A stretch of DNA of 64,000 nt from Acidimicrobiia bacterium (lineage in GTDB: Bacteria; Actinomycetota; Acidimicrobiia; Spongiisociales; ZC4RG35), in contig CBDBCY010000004.1 of the NCBI GenBank assembly GCA_965203555.1, positions 2,048,001-2,112,000 on the forward strand, in the 5' to 3' direction. Below the pieces are notes generated by a model. The model searched no databases, was not told the DNA's origin, and was given only the letters and a program-made list of their open reading frames with translations. Below are positions 1 through 10,456 of the stretch, one piece after another. How positions within the stretch are numbered: the stretch's first letter is position 1; every line of letters begins with the position of its first letter. Made by a program: the position numbers and the translations under genes.

Positions 1-229
1 CGGCATGCCCAAGTCCTGGGCGTTGAGCTTCATGATCAATGACGAGGAGGCTCCGACCGGCCGGCCGGCGGGCGCTCTGGCCTGGGCGGGCCTGGCCAAC
101 CTCTACTACTGGATCGATCGCCAGAACGATGTTGGGGGTTTCTGGGCCACCCAGATCTTCCCGTTCGCCGATGGGACATCGGTTGGCGGTTTCATGGACT
201 TCGAGACCGCGATCTACAACAACCTGTAG
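1..229 (+). CDS. C-terminal part of a beta-lactamase-fold serine hydrolase/esterase (5' truncated by window)
   Basis: [26 protein letters not shown]...[10 protein letters not shown] is the typical C-terminus of class C beta-lactamase-like esterases; stop TAG 227-229. Confidence 0.8.
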   Translation, partial: GMPKSWALSFMINDEEAPTGRPAGALAWAGLANLYYWIDRQNDVGGFWATQIFPFADGTSVGGFMDFETAIYNNL

Positions 230-259
230 GGAGACCTGCACAAGCTCACATTGATTAAA

Positions 260-294
260 GAGATGGCTCCCCAGGTCATGCCGGGAGCCATCTC
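260..294. terminator. Hairpin between convergent genes, probable bidirectional terminator
   Basis: Perfect 12-bp inverted repeat GAGATGGCTCCC / GGGAGCCATCTC with 11-nt loop. Confidence 0.7.
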
Positions 295-346
295 CTCATA
301 AAACCCTCTTGAGTTGTGGCCGACTGCGTCCCTGTGGGGAACCCGG

Positions 347-1293
347 CTAGCGGTAGCCGCCGCCTCGCCGGAGGCTGTCGAGCGTTACGGCGATGATCAG
401 TATGGCGCCGCGGACTACCGACTGCCAGTAGATCTGCACTTGCAGGAGGATCAGTCCGTTCTGGACGACCCCGATTATCAACAGTCCCAGGAGGGTTCCC
501 AAAAGGCCTCCCCGTCCTCCGCTCAGGGCGATGCCGCCCAGCAGTACTGCGGCGATGATGTCCAACTCGGCGCCGTTCAGGGCGCTTGGCAGGGCCGTTC
601 CGCTCTGGGAAGTGAGCATCAGACCCGCCAACCCCGCCAGGCAGGCCTGGGCCACGTAGGTCCAGCCTCGCAGGCGGTCGACCCTGATGCCGACGTTGCG
701 GCAAGCTTCGCTGTTTCCGCCCACGGCGTAGAGGTGATTGCCTGCCACGGTGAATCGCATGAAGCACATTCCCAGCACCACCACCGCCAGGAACAACCAG
801 ACGGTTATGGGGGCTCCCAGCCAGGACCCTCTTCCCAGTTCGCTCCACGCGTTGACCCCGATCACGATGTTGTCGCCGCCCGTGGAAACGAAGGCCAAGC
901 CCCGATAGAAGAGCAGGGTTCCCAGGGTGGCGATGATCGGGTTGATTCTGAACTTGACGATCAACAGGGCATTGAACGCGCCCAGCACTCCTGCGGCGGC
1001 TACTCCCAACACACCAACCAGGACGCTGTTGACGTCCAGGGTGATCAGGCTGGCAGTGACCATACCCGCCACTGCCGCCACTGCCGCCATGGACAGGTCC
1101 AATCCTCCGGCGATCATCACCACCGTCAGACCGATAGCGATCAGACCTCTGATAGAAATGGCCTGTCCGATATTGATGAAGTTGCGGGTCGTGAAGAAAA
1201 ACTCGGACTGCCAACTGAATAGGGCAATCATCAACAACAGGGTGATGAGCAGACCGATCAGCGTCCAGTTGTCCTGCCTCTTGAAAACCGAGA

Positions 1294-1297
<4 letters not shown>
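347..1297 (-). CDS. Monosaccharide (CUT2/RbsC-like) ABC transporter permease
   Basis: Hydrophobic; GLTVVMIAGGLDLS, IIATLG, YAVGGN, ELDIIAAVLLGG..L.GGRG motifs; ATG 1297 overlaps the ATPase stop (ATGA). Confidence 0.92.
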
Positions 1298-2067
<770 letters not shown>

Positions 2068-2089
2068 ACCTCTCTACCGATAAGGAAGG

Positions 2090-2133
2090 GAGGTACTCGG
2101 CGTACGAACCGGGGCTCGAAACGCCGAGTCCTC
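2090..2133 (-). terminator. Intra-operon hairpin after the binding-protein gene (partial terminator or mRNA stabiliser)
   Basis: GAGG(T)ACTCGGCGT ... ACGCCGAGTCCTC inverted repeat. Confidence 0.55.
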
Positions 2134-2152
2134 TTTTGTTAGTTGGCTGTCT

Positions 2153-4186
2153 CTATCCGGGATAGAGGTCGAAGACGTTGTCCCGGGTTACGGGTGAGAC
2201 CGAGGGTATTAGCCGTTCGGGAACGGTCTTTCCTTCGATCAGGTCGACGATGGCCGGCACCAGGTAGGTCCCGTAGCGCTCGGGGAAGTAGGAGATGGTG
2301 GCTTTGAACACAGACTCCTCGTCAGAGCGCTCCCGCAAATCCACCAGCGCCTCGTCGGAGGCGCCCAGGCTGGCAGCGGCCGCGTGACCCAGGTAGCCAC
2401 TCTGCTCCAAAGCCAGCGCGCAGTCCACGCCGGGCTGGTCGCTGTGGCCGAAGCACAGCACGTGCTGTGCGCCGGGGTTGGCAGTCGCCCAGGTGGTCAC
2501 GTTGGGAAGGGTGTCGGTCAGGCCCTCGGTGGGGATGTCGTGGATGTTCTCGTCCGGGATGTCGAACGATTCCCGCACGCCGTCTCGGGCGCCGTCGGCG
2601 CGGGCCTTGTGGACCGGCACATCCGGAGTCCACACCAACAGCAGATGGGTGTCCTCGGGCGCCCAACCCTGCTCTTGGGCGAAGCCGGCCAGATATCGGC
2701 CGGCCTCCAGCGCCGCGTTGTAGTTGTCCGGGCCGAAGGCCACGCATCCGGGGTGGGGTCCGTCGTAGGAGACACATGGAATCCCGGCGTCGTGGAAGAT
2801 GCCGGCGATCAGTTCTTCGGTGCCGGCGATCCAGTTGGCGAAGATCACTCCGTCAACCTCTTGGGTTACCAGCAGGTTGGAGCACTCCACGGTCCGCTCC
2901 TGGTCGTAGGCGTTGTCGCAGTAGACGATCTCCACGCCCATCTCGGCGGCGATGGCGTTGATGTTGTCGGTCACGCTGTCCGTAAACGGGATACCCGACA
3001 GGCCGTCGCCGTAACCGATCCTGAACGCTCCGGAAGCTTCTCGAATCACGGCTTCGTACTCATCCTCCTCAGCCATGGCTGCTTCGTCCAGTTCGCCTCC
3101 CGGATACAGTTCCTCGACGTTGTCACGGGTGACAGGCTCCACCGAGGGGATGATCCTCTCGGGCAGGTCGGTGCGGTCTTCAATGAGATCGACGATGATG
3201 GGCACCAGATACTGTCCGTAACGCTCGGGGAAGTATGAGATAGTGGCCTTGAACACAGACTCGTCATTGCCACGCTCGCGCAGCTCCACGAGGGCTTCAG
3301 TGGATGCACCGGTTCCCGCGGCCGCGGCGTTGCCCAAGAAGCCGTTCTGTTCCAGGGCCAATCCGCAGTCGACGCCGGGCTGGTCGCTGTGGCCGAAGCA
3401 CAGCACATGCTTGGCATCGGGGTTGGCGATCGACCAGGTGGTCACGTTGGGCAGTGTGTCGGTCAGGCCCTCGGTGGGAATGTCGTGGATGTTCTCGTCC
3501 GGGATGTTGAACGACTCCCGCACGCCGTCGGTGGCGCCGTCGGCCCGAGCCTTGTGGACCGGCACGTCCGGGGTCCACACGAGCAGCAGCTCAGTCTCTT
3601 CGGGCGCCCATCCCTGCTCAAGGGCGTACTGCGCCAGGAAGCGACCGGCGGCTACTCCGGCCTCGTAGTTGTCGGGGCCGAAGGCCACGCATCCGGGGTG
3701 GGGGCCGTCGTAGGAGACGCATGGAATCCCGGCATCGTGGAAGATATTGGAGATCAGTTCTTCGGTGCCGGCGATCCAGTTGGCGAAGATCACTCCGTCG
3801 ACTTGTTGGGTTACCAGCAGGTTGGAGCATTCCACGGTCCGCTCCTGGTCGTAGGCGTTGTCGCAGTAGACGATCTCCACGCCCATCTCGGCGGCGATGG
3901 CGTTGATGTTGTCGGTCACGCTGTCGGTAAATGGAATTCCCGACAGTCCGTCACCGTAACCGATCTTCCACGGTTGTTCGGCCGGGCGGATCACGGCTTC
4001 GTAGGGGCCGGAAGGCGCCTCTGGCTCCTCCTCCATTACCTCATCTTCGGGGGCCTCTTCAACCGCGGCGGCCGTGGTCTCCGGGGCGGCGGTGGTGCCA
4101 GGAGCCTCATCCTCGTCTCCCCCGCAGGCGGCCACCAATAGGGCAATGACCGCCACTCCAACTATCAGCTTGCGTGACATTCTCAA
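2153..4186 (-). CDS. Sugar ABC substrate-binding lipoprotein with two tandem periplasmic-binding domains
   Basis: Lipobox LVAAC, acidic linker, then two very similar ~300-aa RbsB-like domains (PF.DSV.DNI, DGVI, GPDNY.A, TISYFPERYG, PVTRDN). Confidence 0.9.
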   Translation of the reverse strand: MRMSRKLIVGVAVIALLVAACGGDEDEAPGTTAAPETTAAAVEEAPEDEVMEEEPEAPSGPYEAVIRPAEQPWKIGYGDGLSGIPFTDSVTDNINAIAAEMGVEIVYCDNAYDQERTVECSNLLVTQQVDGVIFANWIAGTEELISNIFHDAGIPCVSYDGPHPGCVAFGPDNYEAGVAAGRFLAQYALEQGWAPEETELLLVWTPDVPVHKARADGATDGVRESFNIPDENIHDIPTEGLTDTLPNVTTWSIANPDAKHVLCFGHSDQPGVDCGLALEQNGFLGNAAAAGTGASTEALVELRERGNDESVFKATISYFPERYGQYLVPIIVDLIEDRTDLPERIIPSVEPVTRDNVEELYPGGELDEAAMAEEDEYEAVIREASGAFRIGYGDGLSGIPFTDSVTDNINAIAAEMGVEIVYCDNAYDQERTVECSNLLVTQEVDGVIFANWIAGTEELIAGIFHDAGIPCVSYDGPHPGCVAFGPDNYNAALEAGRYLAGFAQEQGWAPEDTHLLLVWTPDVPVHKARADGARDGVRESFDIPDENIHDIPTEGLTDTLPNVTTWATANPGAQHVLCFGHSDQPGVDCALALEQSGYLGHAAAASLGASDEALVDLRERSDEESVFKATISYFPERYGTYLVPAIVDLIEGKTVPERLIPSVSPVTRDNVFDLYPG
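2156..4003 (-). repeat. Intragenic tandem duplication, offset ~945 bp
   Basis: ATCACGGCTTCGTA at 3045-3058 and 3990-4003; long nearly identical DNA stretches in both copies. Confidence 0.9.
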
Positions 4187-4261
4187 CCTTTCTCTCTTTC
4201 AACTGTGATGGTGACGAAAATGGTCTTCGTCAAACCGGAGTCAGGTACACCGCCGTATGAC

Positions 4262-4269
4262 GGTATACC
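4262..4269. promoter_or_regulatory. Possible GntR-family operator upstream of the ABC operon
   Basis: Palindrome GGTATACC with a related GGTACACC just upstream; short, so weak. Confidence 0.3.
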
Positions 4270-4333
4270 ACCATTTCCGGTCAGAAAAATAGCCTAACCC
4301 CGCCTATCCCTCAAAAGCCAACCTTGACGTTCA

Positions 4334-5632
4334 CTATTTTGGCCGCGAAATGCCTTCGGCATATTCGACCATGCTGGCGTTGACGGGATCTTCAAATTGA
4401 AATTCACCAGGTTGCAGAGTGGCGACATCAACAGGCTGTCCTCCCCGAATTACCTCCCGCACCCGGCGAATGTGGCTTATGTCAGAGAGGGGGTTTCCCT
4501 CCGTAATGAGAAGATCGGCCGCCTTCCCCTCCGCGAGAGTGCCGGTGAGGTGGTGCACGCCGAGGCGGCGACTTCCTTCCCGGGTGGCAGCCGTGAGGAC
4601 TTGCGCCGGTGTGAGCCCGGACTTTGTCAACATCTGCAATTCGTCGTGGAGGCTGAAACCGGGGATCAAGTATGGCCAGGGCGCGTCGGTCCCCACGACG
4701 ATGGGCACGCCGGCTTCATAGAACTTGGGGATGACCCTTTGGATCTCTGCAACCGCCGCCATTCGGCCCCGGGATCCTTGCGGATCGTGCCGGTGGGGGA
4801 AGGCATCCCAGCACTCACGAATCTTGTCGGGCACCCACCGCAGCCGCGGATCGGGCCGGGAGGCGAAGTGGCTGAGACGAGCCAGGCGATCCCAGACGAT
4901 GACAGTGGGACATAGCGCCGTGTTCGCCTCGATCAGTGCTTTCGTTATGTCCTCCAGATCAGCCAGATGGGTGCCGTCGAGGGGGTGAATGATCCCGCTC
5001 AGGTGCTGAAGTTCGGCCACGCCCGCCCCGGCGGCTTCCAGCGCGTTCACCTCTCCCAGGTGGGCGACTACCGGCACCCCGTTTCTTCTCCCCGCTGCCA
5101 CGGCCGCCTTGACCTGCTCCAGGTCCAGGTGAACGTAGAGCTTGATCTCGTTTACCCCGGCGGCGGCCAGCAGGTCGATCTTGGCGGCCACCGCCTCGGG
5201 ATCGGCGTGGCCTTCTCCGAGGCGAGGCCAGTTGACGTGCTCACCGTCCAGAACCGGGCCGCAGCAGCGCACCCGGGGAGTCGGCCGGGGGTCGGCCGCA
5301 AGTCGGCTACGCAGCCCCAGTATCCAGTCAAGGTCGTTGCCGATGTCCCGCACCGTGGTCACACCGGCAGCCAGGAGAGCGGGAACCATCCACGAGGCCA
5401 TGTGAATGTGGGCATCGATCAGCCCGGGCATGAGGGTGCATCCCGGAAAGACCATACGGTCGACGTCACCTGGCAGGGTCCTGGCATCCGCCACTCCTTC
5501 GATCTTGCTCCCTGATATCACCAGGGCCTTCCCCGATTGAGGCTCGGAATCCGGTGGATTCCACACCAGGTCTGGAACCAGCGCCAAGCGCGGTGAGCGT
5601 GGGTGTTGGGAGGGAGGAGATCGATGTTGCAT
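4334..5632 (-). CDS. Metal-dependent amidohydrolase (amidohydrolase superfamily)
   Basis: PGLIDAHIH, AGVTTVRD, KLY, VAH, LQH, VGTD, GKAADL motifs; start at ATG 5632 (the longer ORF overlaps the divergent SDR). Confidence 0.88.
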   Translation of the reverse strand: MQHRSPPSQHPRSPRLALVPDLVWNPPDSEPQSGKALVISGSKIEGVADARTLPGDVDRMVFPGCTLMPGLIDAHIHMASWMVPALLAAGVTTVRDIGNDLDWILGLRSRLAADPRPTPRVRCCGPVLDGEHVNWPRLGEGHADPEAVAAKIDLLAAAGVNEIKLYVHLDLEQVKAAVAAGRRNGVPVVAHLGEVNALEAAGAGVAELQHLSGIIHPLDGTHLADLEDITKALIEANTALCPTVIVWDRLARLSHFASRPDPRLRWVPDKIRECWDAFPHRHDPQGSRGRMAAVAEIQRVIPKFYEAGVPIVVGTDAPWPYLIPGFSLHDELQMLTKSGLTPAQVLTAATREGSRRLGVHHLTGTLAEGKAADLLITEGNPLSDISHIRRVREVIRGGQPVDVATLQPGEFQFEDPVNASMVEYAEGISRPK

Positions 5633-5713
5633 GCAGTGGACCCGGTTGTCAGCGAGATTTACCCTACCGGATGAGGACCGCAGAAGCCAGCCTCGCCCTA
5701 GCCTTCTGAGACA

Positions 5714-6493
5714 ATGACTGACGACCAACTCTCCTTGGGGGCGGGACTCTCGGGGCGCGGGGTGATAGTCACCGGCGCAGCCAGCGGGATCGGACGAGCG
5801 ACTGCTCGTCTCGCCGCGGCTTGCGGGGCCCGGGTGTGTGGGGTGGACCTGAACGGTCCGGCCTTGCGGGCGGAGAAGGAGCAATGGGACGATCCCGGTC
5901 GTCATCTGGCAGTGGAGATCGACTTGACCGGCGACGATGCTCCTCACACGGTGGTTGAGACCGTGCTGGAGGAGTTCGGCGACCTGTGGGGACTGGTCCA
6001 CTGCGCGGGAGTGCTGGTCCGCCGATCCAGCCCTGCCGAGGTGACCCGACAGGAATGGGATCTCCAGCACAGCGTGAACCTGAAAGCCTCCTTCTTCATC
6101 AACCAGGCAGTGGGCGAGGCGCTGAAAGCCCGCGGCGGGGGTGGGCGTATGATCACTCTCAGTTCGCAAGGGTGGTGGACGGGCGGAAGCCATGGTGCGG
6201 TGGTCTATTCCGCTTCGAAGGGGGGCATCGTCTCCATGTGCCGCGGTCTGTCCACCTCTTACGCTCCCCACGGGATCATGGTGAACTCCATCGCGCCCGG
6301 GGTGGTGGACACCCCCATGCTGGGGATTGGACTAACTGAGGCCGATCTCGAGGCGATCGCCGCCTCCTGCCCCATGGGAAGATTGGCGAGGCCTGAGGAG
6401 ATCGCCCAGGTTGCGGTGTTCCTGCTGTCCGCCCATGCCAGCTACATCTCGGCCGCCACCATCAATGTCAGCGGTGGTCTGCTCTTTTACTGA
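5714..6493 (+). CDS. SDR-family NAD(P)-dependent oxidoreductase
   Basis: TGAASGIG, catalytic S...YSASK, NSIAPG. Confidence 0.93.
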   Translation: MTDDQLSLGAGLSGRGVIVTGAASGIGRATARLAAACGARVCGVDLNGPALRAEKEQWDDPGRHLAVEIDLTGDDAPHTVVETVLEEFGDLWGLVHCAGVLVRRSSPAEVTRQEWDLQHSVNLKASFFINQAVGEALKARGGGGRMITLSSQGWWTGGSHGAVVYSASKGGIVSMCRGLSTSYAPHGIMVNSIAPGVVDTPMLGIGLTEADLEAIAASCPMGRLARPEEIAQVAVFLLSAHASYISAATINVSGGLLFY

Positions 6494-6606
6494 TCCGGTC
6501 GTCGGCCAACCGACAAATACATCAGCAGGGGAGGACCAACCTGGGATTCTTCCCTATAGTCGGGGCTGTTGGATTACAGATAGAGGACAAGTCAAGGAGG
6601 GCACTC

Positions 6607-8067
6607 ATTACTGCTAAAAACACAAGTTTACGTGGAGGGGTAGGCCGGACCGACATAACCCCGCCCGTTCCCGCGGACCTGGTCGGATATGTACGCCGTT
6701 GGCGGCCTGCCATCGAGGTGCGATCTCCGCTGACGGCCACCGCCTTGGTGCTGGAGTCCGAGACCGAGCGAGTGGCGATACTGGGAATAGACCTGGCCAT
6801 TCTCAACCCCGAATACGCCACCATGATCCGGGAGATGATCGCCGAAGCGATCGACACGCGCCCCGAGTCGGTACTGTTGAATGTGAGCCACACCCATGCC
6901 GGGCCGCACACCCCCGGGCGCGTGAAGCTGGGAGGCCTGCTGGATGAGATCAGGCCTTCCGAGCAGGCCTATGCGGAGATACTTCCACACCAGATGGTCT
7001 CCGCGGCCCTGATCGCTGCGGAGAACACGGTGCCGGTGAGAGTGGGTTCGACCAGCACCGAGGTGCAGGGATTGACGGTGAACCGCCGCGAGCGGGTGCA
7101 AGGCGTGGAGGGGACGGTCGGGTCGCTAAACACCATCCTGGGCTGGAATCCCGACGGTCCGATCGACCGGGATGCGGGGGTGATCAGGGTCGACCGCCAG
7201 GACGGTTCGCCCCTGGCGGTGGTGGTGAGTTTCGGCTGCCACCCGGTGGTGGTGGGGCCCGAGGACCCGGCTATCAACCCCGACTTCCCCTGGCCGCTGC
7301 GAGACGCCGTGGAAGAGGCCACCGGGGCGATGTGCGTGTTCCTGCAGGGCGCCGGTGGGAATGTCCTGCCCTTGCAGGCGTTCATACCCGACCCCGCCGC
7401 GGGGGTGGAGTTCGGCGAGAAACTGGCGGCGGAGGCGCTGCACGCCATGGCTGGCATCGAAACGTTTGAAACTGAAATCGAGCGCCATGATTACGGTTCG
7501 GTCACTCCCATCGTCCTCTACCGGGTGGTGAGGGCCGAGAACCAGCCTCCCCAGGAGTTGGCCGTGGCTTCCACCGTGGTGGACCTGCCGCTCAAGAGAG
7601 TGCCCTCGATCGAAGAAGTGCAGGCCGAGCGGGATCACTACCGAGGCAACCTGGAGAAAGCGAAAGAGGCAGGCCTCGGACCCGAGGAACTCAATCCCAT
7701 CCAATACCACATCAGCTGGGCGGAAGCGGCGATCGCCCAGTTGGAGGAGGCCCCCTATGACCGGGTCCCGGCCTTCATTCAGGCGATCAGGATTGGAGAC
7801 ACCGCCATCGTTGCCATCCCCGGGGAAGCTTTTGCCGAGATCGCCCTGGCCATCAGGGACCGGTCCCCCACAGACCGGGCCAGCACTCTCTTCTCCGGAT
7901 ACTCCAACGGGGTTATTTCATACCTGCCCAGCGCCGCTGAGTACCCTCATGGTGGTTACGAGGTGGACTATGCCCACCATAGTTACGGTTTGATCGAACA
8001 GGTAGCCCCCGAGACGGAGGCGATCCTGGTTGAGGCAGGAGTGGCGATGCTCGAGGAGTTGTGGTAA
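6607..8067 (+). CDS. Neutral/alkaline ceramidase-like Zn hydrolase; probable ATT start
   Basis: SHTHAGP, NRR, FGCHPVV, FLQGAGGN, PGE.F, GYSNG..SYLP, GGYE; the family N-terminus (LRGGVGRTDITPP..LVGY) lies in frame upstream of the first canonical start (GTG 6718); AAGGAGG 6 nt before ATT 6607. Confidence 0.8.
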   Translation: MTAKNTSLRGGVGRTDITPPVPADLVGYVRRWRPAIEVRSPLTATALVLESETERVAILGIDLAILNPEYATMIREMIAEAIDTRPESVLLNVSHTHAGPHTPGRVKLGGLLDEIRPSEQAYAEILPHQMVSAALIAAENTVPVRVGSTSTEVQGLTVNRRERVQGVEGTVGSLNTILGWNPDGPIDRDAGVIRVDRQDGSPLAVVVSFGCHPVVVGPEDPAINPDFPWPLRDAVEEATGAMCVFLQGAGGNVLPLQAFIPDPAAGVEFGEKLAAEALHAMAGIETFETEIERHDYGSVTPIVLYRVVRAENQPPQELAVASTVVDLPLKRVPSIEEVQAERDHYRGNLEKAKEAGLGPEELNPIQYHISWAEAAIAQLEEAPYDRVPAFIQAIRIGDTAIVAIPGEAFAEIALAIRDRSPTDRASTLFSGYSNGVISYLPSAAEYPHGGYEVDYAHHSYGLIEQVAPETEAILVEAGVAMLEELW

Positions 8068-9086
8068 TGGTTCGGATGCGGATGAACCAGGCGGTGGCTG
8101 CCGCCCTGGGTGATGAGATGCGCGAAGACCCCAGCGTGGTGGTGTTCGGGGAAGACGTGGCGGCCGCCGGAGGGCCGTTCAAGACTTCGGACGGGCTGTT
8201 GGAGGAGTTCGGGCCCCTACGGGTTCGGGACACTCCCATCTCCGAGATGGGGTTCCTCGGCATGGCCGTAGGCGCCGCGGCCTCCGGTCTTCGCCCGGTG
8301 GCCGAAATCATGTTTATCGAGTTCTTGGGGGTGGCGCTCGACCAGGTGGTGACGGAAGCTGCCAAATTCCACTTCCTTTCGAACGGGGTGTTCACATGCC
8401 CGATGGTGGTGCGGGCTTCGATCGGCGCCGGCTTGGGTTTCGGGTGCCAGCACTCTCAGACGTTTGAGAACTGGATGAGTCATGCCCCTGGGCTGAAGAT
8501 GGCGGTCGTGTCCGGACCCCAATCCGCCTACGGGTTAATGCGATCGGCCATCCGGGATCCCAATCCGGTGGTGGTGCTGGAACCGCGGGCTCTCTACGGT
8601 GGCCGCGCCCAGGTGACTATCGGGGAGGAGGGGATCATTCCGCTGGGGGAAATCGCCAGGGTCCGGGAAGGCGACGACGTGACCATCATCACCGCAGGGG
8701 CGATGCTGCGGGTGGCCATGGCCGCCGCCAAGGCTTCGGATGACTGGTCGGCGGAGGTGATCGACCTTCAAACTCTTATCCCCTGGGATCGTGAGGGAGT
8801 CGTTTCGGCAGTGCGGCGGACCGGTCGGTTGGTGATCGTGGAGGAAAGCCCCTACACCTCCGGTTGGGGGACGGAAATCTCCTCCTACGTCGGCTCGCGT
8901 TTGTTCGGCGAACTCAGGGCGCCGGTGCTTCGGGTCACATGCCCCGATGTTCCCGTGCCGTTCGGGAGAGAACTGGAGTTGCGCTACATGCCGAACAAGG
9001 AGTACGTAACAGAGCAGATCGATCAACTGATGGCCACCGGCCGGGTACCCGACCCCTGGTGGGTGGGAGAAGGGAGCAGCGTCTGA
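8067..9086 (+). CDS. TPP-dependent dehydrogenase E1 beta subunit (acetoin/pyruvate dehydrogenase-like)
   Basis: VFGEDV, DTPISE, GLRPVAEIMF, QHSQ, VRRTGRL; TAATG coupling to upstream gene. Confidence 0.93.
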   Translation: MVRMRMNQAVAAALGDEMREDPSVVVFGEDVAAAGGPFKTSDGLLEEFGPLRVRDTPISEMGFLGMAVGAAASGLRPVAEIMFIEFLGVALDQVVTEAAKFHFLSNGVFTCPMVVRASIGAGLGFGCQHSQTFENWMSHAPGLKMAVVSGPQSAYGLMRSAIRDPNPVVVLEPRALYGGRAQVTIGEEGIIPLGEIARVREGDDVTIITAGAMLRVAMAAAKASDDWSAEVIDLQTLIPWDREGVVSAVRRTGRLVIVEESPYTSGWGTEISSYVGSRLFGELRAPVLRVTCPDVPVPFGRELELRYMPNKEYVTEQIDQLMATGRVPDPWWVGEGSSV

Positions 9087-10078
9087 TGGGCGACGGAACG
9101 AAGATGGAACGCCGTTTGGCTTTGGCTGACGACCGGGTGGCGCGCTACGAGCGGATGGTGGAGATACGCGCTTTCGAGGATCGGGTGCAGGGCCTCTTTG
9201 CCGAGGGACTGGTGCATGGCACTACTCATACCGCCCAGGGACAGGAAGCGGTGGCGGTGGGCATTGCCGCCGTGGCTCGCACCACCGATACGGTCACCTG
9301 CACCTACCGGGGACATGGCATGGGATTGGCCCTCGGAATGACCCCTGAGTTGATCCTGGGAGAGATCATGGGTCGGGAGATGGGATGCATCGGCGGCATC
9401 GCCGGTTCCATGCATCTCGTCGACCGGGAACTGGGCCTGCTTCCTACTTTCGCCATCATCGGCGCCGGTATTCCGGTGGCGGCGGGGGCGGCTCTGACCG
9501 CCCAGGTGAAGGGAACCGATGATGTGGCGATCGGAGTGTTCGGCGACGGGGCGTCCAATATCGGCGCCTTCCATGAAGGTCTGAACCTGGCCGCTATCTG
9601 GAATCTGCCGGTGGTGTTCATCTGCGAGAACAACCAGTACGGCGAGTACAGCCGGATCAACCTGACCACGCCCATCGACGATCTGGCCGACCGGGCCGTC
9701 TCCTACGGGATCCCTGGAGTCATGGTGGATGGGCAAGATCCCGACAAGACGGTGGTGGCGGTGAGCGATGCTCTGGAGAGGGCGCGGTCCGGCGAAGGTC
9801 CGACCCTGCTCGAGATGAAGACCTACCGTTACGCCGGGCACTCCCGGGCCGACAAGGCCGAGTACCGACCCGAGGGCGAGTTCGAGCGCTGGTACCAGCG
9901 GGATCCGATCAACACCTTCCGGGCAAGACTGGAATCAGAGGGCCTGCTGGCCGAAGGGCAGGCTGCCGAAATCGACCGGCAGGTGGCAGCCCGCATAGAG
10001 GCGGCGGTGGAGACCGTGAAAACAAGTCCCCCTGCCGGTGTCGATGCGATGTTCCGGAACATCTACGCGCCCGCATAG
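9086..10078 (+). CDS. TPP-dependent dehydrogenase E1 alpha subunit
   Basis: GQEA, TYRGHG, GSMH, TPP motif GDGA...ENN, TYRY.GHS; TGATG coupling. Confidence 0.93.
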   Translation: MGDGTKMERRLALADDRVARYERMVEIRAFEDRVQGLFAEGLVHGTTHTAQGQEAVAVGIAAVARTTDTVTCTYRGHGMGLALGMTPELILGEIMGREMGCIGGIAGSMHLVDRELGLLPTFAIIGAGIPVAAGAALTAQVKGTDDVAIGVFGDGASNIGAFHEGLNLAAIWNLPVVFICENNQYGEYSRINLTTPIDDLADRAVSYGIPGVMVDGQDPDKTVVAVSDALERARSGEGPTLLEMKTYRYAGHSRADKAEYRPEGEFERWYQRDPINTFRARLESEGLLAEGQAAEIDRQVAARIEAAVETVKTSPPAGVDAMFRNIYAPA

Positions 10079-10095
10079 AAAGGATGTACTAACCG

Positions 10096-10332
10096 ATGCA
10101 GTTTGAGGTGAAGATGCCCAGGCTGGGCGAGACAGTGGACGAAGTGGTGCTTCTGGAGTGGATGGTCGAGGTGGGCGACGAGGTGGAGGAGGACACCGAA
10201 CTTGCCTTGGTCGAAACTGACAAGGTGGAGACCGAGGTGCCTTCTCCCGTGGCGGGAACCGTGATCGACATACTGGTGGAAGAGGACGCCGAAGTCGTCA
10301 CCGGAGAGGTGATCTGCGTCATTGAGACGTAG
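10096..10332 (+). CDS. Stand-alone lipoyl-carrier domain protein
   Basis: MPRLGE..EW.V.VGD.V, lipoylation motif ETDKV, SP..G; 78 aa with no linker or acyltransferase domain. Confidence 0.9.
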   Translation: MQFEVKMPRLGETVDEVVLLEWMVEVGDEVEEDTELALVETDKVETEVPSPVAGTVIDILVEEDAEVVTGEVICVIET

Positions 10333-10375
10333 CCGTCAGGCTTTGCCTCGGGGGTTGGGGATGGCGACGCAGGCG

Positions 10376-10456
10376 ATTTCCACCCGCGACGCCGGGAGGC
10401 GATAGCCGAGCCTGATCCGTCGAGGGGCCCCGATCCCTCGGCGCGCGGGTGGAAAT
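10376..10456 (+). other. Long imperfect stem-loop in intergenic region
   Basis: ATTTCCACCCGCG (10376-10388) pairs perfectly with CGCGGGTGGAAAT (10444-10456); extended by CGCCGGG/CTCGGCG with one G-U pair. Confidence 0.55.

Noticed and set aside
5633-6271. 645-aa version of the amidohydrolase ORF
   Set aside because: The extension is the antisense of the SDR gene; family similarity starts near 5632
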